DNA of 32,843 nucleotides, taken from Candidatus Krumholzibacteriia bacterium. Lineage in GTDB: Bacteria; Krumholzibacteriota; Krumholzibacteriia; LZORAL124-64-63. Under the pieces are notes generated by a model, which was not told the DNA's origin, did no database searches, and saw only the letters and a program-made list of their open reading frames with translations. Where the stretch lies: assembly GCA_036351155.1 (NCBI GenBank), contig JAZBOO010000292.1:1-32843 (forward strand), read 5' to 3'. Both the position numbers and the translations under genes were made by a program. This document shows, one piece after another, positions 1 through 7,043 of this stretch. Position 1 is the first letter of the stretch. Each line of letters begins with the position of its first letter.

Positions 1-807
1 ACCACCCTGGACAAGGGCATGGAGCTGGACGGATTCGTTTATTACCCGCCCATGTTCGACCCCGAGAAGACCTACCCAGTGATCGTTTATTACTACGGCG
101 GCACCAGCCCCATCTCGCGCGATTTCGGCGGTCGCTATCCCAAGAACACCTGGGCCGGTCAGGGCTACATCGTGTACGTCCCCAATCCCAGCGGCGCCAC
201 GGGCTACGGCCAGGAATACGCCGCCCGGCACGTGAACGACTGGGGCATCTTGACCGGTGATGAGGTCATCGAGGGAACGCGCAAGTTCCTGGCGGCTCAC
301 CCCTTCGCCGACCCCGAGGCCGTGGGCTGCATGGGCGCCAGCTACGGCGGTTTCCTGACCCAGTACCTCATCACCCAGACCGACCTGTTTGCTGCGGCCA
401 TCAGCCACGCCGGCATCAGCAGCATCAGCAGTTACTGGGGCGAAGGCCTGTGGGGTTACGCTTACGGGGCCCGGGCCCTGGCCAATGCCTTCCCCTGGCA
501 GGATCAGGAGCTGTACGTGGGGCAAAGTCCTCTCTTCCAGGCCGACAAGATCACCACCCCGCTCCTGCTGGTGCACGGCGACAGCGACACCAACGTGCCC
601 ATCGGGGAAAGCGATCAGATGTTCACGGCTCTGAAGCTGCTGGGCAAGGAAGTGGAATACGTGCAGATCAAGGACCAGGATCACTGGATCGTGGACCACG
701 AGCAGCGGATCGTGTGGCACGACACCATCCTGGCTTTCTTCGCCAAGCACCTGAAGAAGCAGGACGCATGGTGGGGGGCCATGTATCCCGAGCCGGAAGA
801 TTTCTAG
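1..807 (+). CDS. S9 family serine peptidase (prolyl oligopeptidase/acylaminoacyl peptidase), C-terminal catalytic part; 5' end outside window
   Basis: GASYGG nucleophile elbow, HGDSDTNVP Asp motif, DQDHW catalytic His, YPVIVYYYGG and PNPSGATGYG motifs; frame open from position 1. Confidence 0.92.
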   Translation, partial: TTLDKGMELDGFVYYPPMFDPEKTYPVIVYYYGGTSPISRDFGGRYPKNTWAGQGYIVYVPNPSGATGYGQEYAARHVNDWGILTGDEVIEGTRKFLAAHPFADPEAVGCMGASYGGFLTQYLITQTDLFAAAISHAGISSISSYWGEGLWGYAYGARALANAFPWQDQELYVGQSPLFQADKITTPLLLVHGDSDTNVPIGESDQMFTALKLLGKEVEYVQIKDQDHWIVDHEQRIVWHDTILAFFAKHLKKQDAWWGAMYPEPEDF

Positions 808-829
808 CAGATTTGGTGTTGAGGACTGT

Positions 830-867
830 GGTGCTGTGCCCCGGATCTGGATCCGTGGTGCAGCACC
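830..867. terminator. Long imperfect hairpin between convergent genes, possible bidirectional terminator
   Basis: ggtgctg(830-836) pairs with cagcacc(861-867); inner cggatc/gatccg pairing; no clear U-tract. Confidence 0.45.
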
Positions 868-882
868 CAGAATCAAATCCGG

Positions 883-1290
883 TCAGTTACTGTTCGCATC
901 CCACCCGGAAGTCTCGGATTCAAATCCCTCCCGCACCAGCACCAGCACCGCCGAGTTGGGCACGATCAGGTAGTTCTTCTTCTCGAAGGTGATCTCCACC
1001 GCAGCCTTCTGCAGGAACAGAACGTAATCCCCCTCTTGCGCCTGCATGGGTACGTAACGCGCAGGGATTTCCATGATCCCTTCGTCGTCGAAGTTTTCCT
1101 CGAACATCTCGGCCGCATTGATCACCGGGGTGCCCGGACCCACCGAAACCACCCAGCCCCCCTTGGCCTGGCGGGTGGCCATGGCCGTCTGGGGCAGGTA
1201 TAGGCCGGCGTGGGTCCGCTCTTCGCCCTCTTCAGGGCGCACCAGCAGGCGGTCCCCCACCACGATCAACTTCTTCTTCAGGTGCGGCAT
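883..1290 (-). CDS. groES: GroES/Cpn10-family co-chaperonin homolog (orphan, with insertion)
   Basis: GDRLLVRP..EERT.AGLYLP..., VVSVGPG, GDYVLF, YLIV...VL motifs; AAGGAG RBS upstream. Confidence 0.85.
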   Translation of the reverse strand: MPHLKKKLIVVGDRLLVRPEEGEERTHAGLYLPQTAMATRQAKGGWVVSVGPGTPVINAAEMFEENFDDEGIMEIPARYVPMQAQEGDYVLFLQKAAVEITFEKKNYLIVPNSAVLVLVREGFESETSGWDANSN

Positions 1291-1313
1291 GGATGCTCCT
1301 TGGCTGTTGCAGG

Positions 1314-1823
1314 TCAGAGCGGCAGAATAACATCCGGACGGATCCGGGGCAAAGCACAGGTGGATGTAAGCTGTTCGGCAATGGCCGCCATGGTCTGCCC
1401 GGTGACCGGGTGCCGCAAATCGGGGGCGATATCCGCCATGGGCCGGGCCGCATGGATACAGGTCAGGAGGTCGGGGTCGGGCACCTGTCGGCCGGCGATG
1501 GTACCCACCAGATCATCCCACAGAGCGATATCCACATCGATGGTCCGGGGCCGGATGGGCCCTGTCCCCTGGCGGCGGCGTCCCAGAGGCTCTTCCACGT
1601 CGGTGATCAGGCGGGATTTGAAGGTTTCGGGATCCAGTTCCGTCCGCAGCTTCAGGGCCCCATTGAAAAAATCTGGAGCCCCGATCATCCGGACCGGTTC
1701 CGTCTCGTACACCGGGGAAACAGCCAAGACTTCACCTAATGAAGCAATCTTCAAAAAAGCCGCAGGATAGCAGGTTTCCTTGTCCACGTTGCTTCCCACA
1801 AGGAGGTAGGCTATATACTTCAC
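1314..1823 (-). CDS. folK: 2-amino-4-hydroxy-6-hydroxymethyldihydropteridine diphosphokinase
   Basis: AYLLVGSN, SPVYETEP, FFNGA and PRTIDVDI HPPK motifs; GTGA overlap with upstream SDR stop. Confidence 0.9.
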   Translation of the reverse strand: MKYIAYLLVGSNVDKETCYPAAFLKIASLGEVLAVSPVYETEPVRMIGAPDFFNGALKLRTELDPETFKSRLITDVEEPLGRRRQGTGPIRPRTIDVDIALWDDLVGTIAGRQVPDPDLLTCIHAARPMADIAPDLRHPVTGQTMAAIAEQLTSTCALPRIRPDVILPL

Positions 1824-2623
1824 GAAATGAAGCCACTTCCGGCAAGATGCCGCCCCCCGTCAATACACAATGTCTGGCCCGTCACCGCTCCGTTTTCCAG
1901 AAGGAACAGCAGGGCCCCCGTCACCTCTTCCACCCGAGGGAACCGCCCCGTGGGAATTTGCTCCCGGGTGGTGTGCACATAATCGGCTGGGGCCTTCTCC
2001 GGGGCCAAAACCGGCCCCAGAGCCAGCTCGTTCACCCGGATCCGAGGGGCCAGCGCCACCGCCAGGCTGCGGGTCAAACCGTGCAGACCCACCTTGCTGA
2101 TGGTGTAGGGAAAGTGATCCGCCCCCGGGTTCAGGGCACGGAAGTCGTTCAGGTTGACGATATCCCCACAGCCCTCGGGGCCCAGCCACCGCGCAAACCC
2201 CTGAGCCAGCAGAAAGGGCGCCCTCAGGTTCACGGCCTGGTTCCGATCCCAGGCAGCCGCATCGCTGGTCAAGGCCGATCCCTGCTCGAACACCGAGGCA
2301 TTGTTGACCAGGATATCCACCGGCCGCCCCATGACGGCCCCCGCCTTCTCCATCAACCCGGCGGCCACCGTAGCATCGGCCAGATCACCGGCCACCAAGC
2401 CGGCCCGGACTCCCAGCTGGCTCAGCTTCTCCACCGTGGCCTCGGCCTCCGCCTGTGAAGTACGAAAATGGACAACCACATCGGCCCCCTGTCCGGCCAG
2501 GGCCAGGGCCAGATGATGGCCGATGCGCTTGGCCCCACCGGTCACCAGGGCCACCCGGCCCGTCAGGAAACCATCGCGCCGTGGGCCCCGATCACGTGGA
2601 GGCACAATTTTGTCGATGACCAT
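1820..2623 (-). CDS. SDR oxidoreductase, pteridine reductase/FolM-like
   Basis: ALVTGGAKRIG, LVNNASVF, YTISK catalytic motif, VTGQTLCIDGG; coupled to folK; ATG 2623 has GGAG RBS (GTG 2635 alternative). Confidence 0.85.
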   Translation of the reverse strand: MVIDKIVPPRDRGPRRDGFLTGRVALVTGGAKRIGHHLALALAGQGADVVVHFRTSQAEAEATVEKLSQLGVRAGLVAGDLADATVAAGLMEKAGAVMGRPVDILVNNASVFEQGSALTSDAAAWDRNQAVNLRAPFLLAQGFARWLGPEGCGDIVNLNDFRALNPGADHFPYTISKVGLHGLTRSLAVALAPRIRVNELALGPVLAPEKAPADYVHTTREQIPTGRFPRVEEVTGALLFLLENGAVTGQTLCIDGGRHLAGSGFIS

Positions 2624-2646
2624 CGAAAACTCCACTCTCCCAGCAT

Positions 2647-3045
2647 CTACTGGGCCAGAACCACCACGATGGCCCCCTCGCCACCCCAGGTGCTCGGCGC
2701 AATGCGCCAGGACTGAACCACCGCCGGGTGCTTGTCACACCACTGCCGAACCAGAGGGCCCAGCACCGAAACGCCGCCGGGAGAGTTGCTCCCCTTGCCG
2801 TGGATGACCAGCACCTCACCCTGTCCCTTGGCAGCAAAGGCACGCAGCTGGAACTCCATCCTCTCGAGCGCCTCATCCGCTTTCAACAGGCGCAGGTGAA
2901 TCGAGGGGGGCGCCGCCGGGTCCCGCACAGGAGCGCGATCCTCGGGAAACTCCTCCACCGCTTCATAGCGGATGGACCGACGCTTGCCTCGCCGAGGCGT
3001 GCCCCTGTCCGGTCCCGCCGCCGTGTTCTTCTTCTTACGACCCAT
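2647..3045 (-). CDS. Stand-alone Smr/MutS2-domain protein with basic N-terminus
   Basis: IHLRLL..DEAL, VLVIHGKGSNS..G..VL...VRQW, WGGEGAIVVVL; ATG 3045 with GAGG RBS. Confidence 0.85.
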   Translation of the reverse strand: MGRKKKNTAAGPDRGTPRRGKRRSIRYEAVEEFPEDRAPVRDPAAPPSIHLRLLKADEALERMEFQLRAFAAKGQGEVLVIHGKGSNSPGGVSVLGPLVRQWCDKHPAVVQSWRIAPSTWGGEGAIVVVLAQ

Positions 3046-3358
3046 CGTCCTCATCCATTTTCCCGGCGGGACGCAATAGCACCACCGTCGCTCCCCAGGA
3101 CCCGCGATCCGAAGGGTGGCGATAGCTTTCCACCCCTTCATCCTTGTCCAGAATGCCGTGAACGATCTCCCTCAACACGCCGACGCCCTTGCCGTGGATG
3201 ATCCGGACTTCCCGCAAACCCAGGTGGCGGCACTCTTCCAGCCACACCGGCACCAGTTCCTTAACCTCACGCGGTGGGAACATGTGCAGATCCAGCACCC
3301 CGTCCATCGGCAGGGGTTCCGGTTCGGTGTGGGGATCTTCATCGCGGGGACACATCAT
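3035..3358 (-). CDS. Stand-alone Smr/MutS2-domain protein
   Basis: DGVLDLH, VRIIHGKGVGVLR, GSWGATVVLL motifs; start uncertain (3358/3355). Confidence 0.88.
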   Translation of the reverse strand: MMCPRDEDPHTEPEPLPMDGVLDLHMFPPREVKELVPVWLEECRHLGLREVRIIHGKGVGVLREIVHGILDKDEGVESYRHPSDRGSWGATVVLLRPAGKMDEDDGS

Positions 3359-3395
3359 CAGCAGAAGGTAAATCAGGGAGAAGCAGAGGCCAAAC

Positions 3396-4475
3396 TTAAA
3401 GGGACCGTTCCCACAGGCGTAACAGGTCCACCCGACAGGCGGCATAGAGCATCAGCAGACGCTGACCCAGCCCCCACCAGGCCGCCGCGGTGAAGAACGC
3501 CACCGCCACCAGAGCCACCTGATCGGGCCACTGCCAGGTGCGCGTCAGAACCAGAAGCCAGCCGTGAATCCTCACCGGCAAGGCCACACCCACCAGAATC
3601 AAAAACCCCGCATTGACCACCCGGTGCAGCACCAGGAACGCACGCACCCTGGTGCTGCGCTTCCACGGCACCGGCCGATCCAGATCCACCAGGCCCAGGG
3701 CATCGCACAGGAACCAGTAGCCATCGGCCCGGATGAAGGGCAACAGGCTCCAGGTCACCGCCGCCAGCGCCAGCCAGCCGGCCGTCAGACAGAAGGCGGC
3801 CCCGGGCACTTGCCATCCCACCAGCCCCAGCACTCCGGCCGCTCCCAGCTGAAAACACACTCCGGCCAGATCTACCCGCAGGCGGTCCCGTCGTGTGACC
3901 AGCTCCACGGCCGTCACCTCGGCATACAGCACCGGGAAAATGAACAGAACACCCAGGCCAACGCCGCCGCAGGGATAACCCGTGCGCCGCAGGGCCGCAG
4001 CATGGCCCAGCTCATGCCAGAAGGCCGTGCCCAGAAAACAGAGAATACTCGCCCGCAGTTCGAAACCCGTCAAATAAGCTGGCCCACCCTGACTCCATCC
4101 GGCGGTCGCCAGTCCCACGAACCCCAGCGCGGCCATGGCCCCCAGCACGGGCCAACTGGTCAGTCCCACGAGTAGCCCTGCCAGTGCATTGGTCCAGTCG
4201 GCGGGAACGAGAGGAATCTTCAGCCAGATCGGCTCCCGCCCCCCGCGCCTTCGTCCGCGGGTCAGAGCCACCAGAGCATCGGCCGTACGCCGCGAACAAT
4301 CCCCTTCCCAGCCCTGCTGTTCAAGCAGCCGGGAGATGGTGCGATGATCCGGGGTCGTTCCCTGCAACGGCAGCAGGGCCTGCCCCAGATCTGGCGACAG
4401 GGCAAACCGGGTGGCCCCCGCCTTCAGCAGCCAATCCCGGTGAGGATGCGCGGTGAAGCGCCATCTGCCCGCCAC
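3396..4475 (-). CDS. M50-family (site-2 protease/YydH-like) membrane zinc metalloprotease with N-terminal soluble extension
   Basis: HELGH zinc motif in a TM helix, GLGVLFIFPVLYAEVT, DLAG, LLPFIRADGY third ligand; WLKIPLV motif; multiple TM segments. Confidence 0.85.
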   Translation of the reverse strand: MAGRWRFTAHPHRDWLLKAGATRFALSPDLGQALLPLQGTTPDHRTISRLLEQQGWEGDCSRRTADALVALTRGRRRGGREPIWLKIPLVPADWTNALAGLLVGLTSWPVLGAMAALGFVGLATAGWSQGGPAYLTGFELRASILCFLGTAFWHELGHAAALRRTGYPCGGVGLGVLFIFPVLYAEVTAVELVTRRDRLRVDLAGVCFQLGAAGVLGLVGWQVPGAAFCLTAGWLALAAVTWSLLPFIRADGYWFLCDALGLVDLDRPVPWKRSTRVRAFLVLHRVVNAGFLILVGVALPVRIHGWLLVLTRTWQWPDQVALVAVAFFTAAAWWGLGQRLLMLYAACRVDLLRLWERSL

Positions 4476-4478
4476 GGC

Positions 4479-5684
4479 CTAGCCCCCCAGCCGGGCCAGC
4501 CCCAGCAGGCAGAGGCGCAGCCCATGAAACTCCACCCAGGCCCGGCCGTGCACCTGACACAGCCGCTGCAACGTGGGCTTCTCGTGGCGCAAGATTTCCA
4601 GATCCTGGTCCTGCAAACCCGCCGCCGGGTAGAAGCGGTCCTCCGTCAGGTCGGCCAGCAGGTCGCCCGGCCAGACCACCGCCTGGTGCTCCAGCAACAG
4701 CTTCACCGTTCCGGCCGCGCGGTCCAGGCAAATCCGGTACGATCGCTGGAAGTCCTCCTGCAAGGCCGCCGGCACCGCCGCCTGTTCCAGCACACCTCGA
4801 CCGAAACAGGCGCTCGATTCGCGCAGCATGGCCCAGTAGTTCCACTGCTCCGGGTGTTCCAGGATCCGGTCGAAGGCCCAGTCGAACAGATGGTGGGTGA
4901 TGGCATCTGGATCATCGGACCGCGACCAGGTCCGGGTGGGCTCCTGCCGCCACACCAGCTGACCATCGGGCTCCCAGTTCAAGGTCACACGATGGACCGG
5001 GCAACCCAGCCGGCAAAACAGGCGCGCCAGACCCGTCCTGACCCTGATCTCCCGCCCTGGCAAGGGATAGGGAATGCCCCGCTGCCGTGTTTCTTCCATG
5101 CCGTTCTGGCCACTGTTGCCGTCCATGTAAACCAGCACCGGCCGCCCCTCACGCACCGTCTTCAAGAGGTCCCTCACGAACCCTTTCTCTCCCACGGCAA
5201 TCCACTGCACGCCGTTGCGATGCCCCAGCCTTTTCAGGAACTGATCCACCGGGGCCTGAAAACTGGGCAAGGCCGATTTGTTCAGCACGATGGCCGGCTC
5301 ACACCCGGCGGCCAGATAGGGCTCGGCCAGCAGCTGGTAAGGTCCCAGATGCAGGGACAGCGTGATGCCGCTCTTCAGCTCGGGGGACGAGGCCAGCAAT
5401 CCGCGGCCGGGGGCCAGGTAACCCTGGTCCCCCGCCCACAGTCCGGCAAGAGCCTCCCGCTCCCTTGCCAGAACCGCATCCTGGCGGCGCTTGAGATCCG
5501 CCAGGAGTTCAAGATCGGCCTCAGGCCACAGGGCCCGGATGTTCCACAGTTCCCAGGTCGCATCGTTCAGCGCGAATCCCCCGGGCACCTCGGCAGGGTG
5601 GCTATCGTCCCGTCGGTGGGGTCCGGAACTCCGCGAAGTTCCGGACCGCCACGGGCGGCGACTTTTGTCGGGCCCCGTGTTCAT
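4479..5684 (-). CDS. Divergent lysophospholipid acyltransferase (LPLAT, LpxL-like) with extra C-terminal domain
   Basis: SLHLGPYQL, LLKTVREGRPVLVYMDGNSG, GLARL..RLGCPV and ILEHPEQWNYW match LpxL-type blocks; ATG 2 nt after upstream stop. Confidence 0.75.
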   Translation of the reverse strand: MNTGPDKSRRPWRSGTSRSSGPHRRDDSHPAEVPGGFALNDATWELWNIRALWPEADLELLADLKRRQDAVLAREREALAGLWAGDQGYLAPGRGLLASSPELKSGITLSLHLGPYQLLAEPYLAAGCEPAIVLNKSALPSFQAPVDQFLKRLGHRNGVQWIAVGEKGFVRDLLKTVREGRPVLVYMDGNSGQNGMEETRQRGIPYPLPGREIRVRTGLARLFCRLGCPVHRVTLNWEPDGQLVWRQEPTRTWSRSDDPDAITHHLFDWAFDRILEHPEQWNYWAMLRESSACFGRGVLEQAAVPAALQEDFQRSYRICLDRAAGTVKLLLEHQAVVWPGDLLADLTEDRFYPAAGLQDQDLEILRHEKPTLQRLCQVHGRAWVEFHGLRLCLLGLARLGG

Positions 5685-5686
5685 CT

Positions 5687-5974
5687 CTAGTACAGCCCGT
5701 AAGGACCGTTGGCCAGGCCGCCGCCGGCACCCAGAGGTCCGTCCACCGTGGGATAGGGGAACGACCCATCCTTCAGCAGATCCTCGTAGGGGATCTTGCA
5801 GGTGCAGCAGATGGTGGCGTCCTGCCCCTCGATGCCGCTGCCGCGGGCCAGGTTGCCCTGATCGACCAGCAGCGGACTGACTTCCATGCGTCGGGTGATT
5901 TCCCTGATTCCGAGGGGTTCCAGGCTGGCCTGCAGCTCGGCGGGATTGAAATTGTCGGGGTTGCGATGACTCAT
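5687..5974 (-). CDS. 95-aa small peptide, putative RiPP precursor
   Basis: AAGGAGGAG RBS just before ATG 5974; leader-like LGIREITRRMEVSPLL; CCTCK; Gly/Pro/Tyr-rich tail; first gene of the acyltransferase/protease operon. Confidence 0.65.
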   Translation of the reverse strand: MSHRNPDNFNPAELQASLEPLGIREITRRMEVSPLLVDQGNLARGSGIEGQDATICCTCKIPYEDLLKDGSFPYPTVDGPLGAGGGLANGPYGLY

Positions 5975-6105
5975 TGGGCTCCTCCTTTGGCCGTGGTCGG
6001 CCACATGGCTTCCTTGCGGGGGTCCTGCGAGAGGACACCCCCACATGGCAAGAGGCGGGCCCGGCGGGGAAACCTCGGTTTTTCAGGGGTATTGGCCAAA
6101 GCGAG

Positions 6106-6131
6106 AAAAAAGGGCGGCCATCAAGCCGCCC
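6106..6131 (-). terminator. Rho-independent terminator after DUF2797 gene
   Basis: Minus strand GGGCGGC-ttgatg-GCCGCCC followed by TTTTTT. Confidence 0.85.
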
Positions 6132-6174
6132 CGAGGGGACACCTGCCCTGAGGCAGGTCAACGGAAGGAGACAC

Positions 6175-7017
6175 TTACCCGGCCAGGACCTCGACCTTGT
6201 AGCCCGAGTACTTGCGCAGGTTGATCACGCCGCCATCGAAGATGAGATATTGCCCCTTGATACCCTGCAAGATGCCCCCCGCCACCGGATCCTTGTCCAG
6301 GTTGAAGCTCTTGACCTTGGTGGGCCATTCCAGGATGGGGTAGGTGAAGGTGTGCTCCAGCCGTTCAAGCGGCGACAGGAGTCCCTCCACGCCCCACTCT
6401 TCAAGGCGCCGAACGACGCGATCCACCGCCTCGGTCAGATCATGCTCGCCCGGCTCCGGGTTGCCCTTCAGCATGCGGGTCCAGTGGGTCTTGTCGGCAA
6501 AGCCCTCATCGCTCAGACGCTTCTCGACCAACCCCACGGTGCGGCGGTCGGGCAGCAGGGCCACCGGCACCGCCGCCACGGCCCCCTGATCGATCCAGCG
6601 TGAAGGAATGTTGGGCCGGCGGGTGATCCCCACCTTGACCCCCGAGGTCAGCGAGCAGTACAGATAGTGCGGCTGGAAGCACTGGCTCCGAGCGAACTCC
6701 TCGTCCCGGCAGGGGTTGTCCGGCTCGCCATGGTGGCACAGCTCGGGCTTGACGATGCAGATATCCGCCTCGGCCCGGCTTTGCGAGCAGGGATAACAGA
6801 AGCCCTGCCCGAAAGTTTTCTTGGTGGCCCGCCCACAGGCGGTGCAGTTGATCTGACCGGTGAACCGGATCTCCAGCGGGCCGCCCAGAAAATCGTTCAC
6901 GAGGCGATCGGCCACCCGGTCCGCTTTCACGTGCCATCCATCGTGGAAGAAGTAACGCACCGGCTCGCCGGCTTCACTGCGCATTTTCCTGAGGGTCCCG
7001 GTCCAGATGTTATTCAT
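6175..7017 (-). CDS. DUF2797-domain protein (Cys-rich, probable zinc binding)
   Basis: G.LRKM, INCTACGRATKKTFGQGFCYPC, CFQPHYLY, KVGITR, RWIDQGA, LQGIKGQYL, INLRKYSGY motifs. Confidence 0.88.
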   Translation of the reverse strand: MNNIWTGTLRKMRSEAGEPVRYFFHDGWHVKADRVADRLVNDFLGGPLEIRFTGQINCTACGRATKKTFGQGFCYPCSQSRAEADICIVKPELCHHGEPDNPCRDEEFARSQCFQPHYLYCSLTSGVKVGITRRPNIPSRWIDQGAVAAVPVALLPDRRTVGLVEKRLSDEGFADKTHWTRMLKGNPEPGEHDLTEAVDRVVRRLEEWGVEGLLSPLERLEHTFTYPILEWPTKVKSFNLDKDPVAGGILQGIKGQYLIFDGGVINLRKYSGYKVEVLAG

Positions 7018-7043
7018 GCGTCCAAAAATCCTTGGTCTTGAGT

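Noticed and set aside
1..807. S9 peptidase as part of the RiPP candidate
   Set aside because: Opposite strand and separated by five unrelated housekeeping genes; no evidence of linkage
6082..6093. 12-mer AATACCCCTGAA (minus strand) identical to 25278-25289
   Set aside because: A single 12-bp match within 33 kb is expected by chance; no further shared context
6081..6100. Possible sigma54 promoter for the precursor gene (TTGGC...)
   Set aside because: Lacks the GC at the -12 position
5685..6161. 159-codon N-terminal extension of the acyltransferase in the 560-aa ORF call
   Set aside because: Arg/Pro/Gly-rich shadow sequence that crosses a terminator and overlaps the small gene with the strong RBS; ATG 5684 fits operon coupling better
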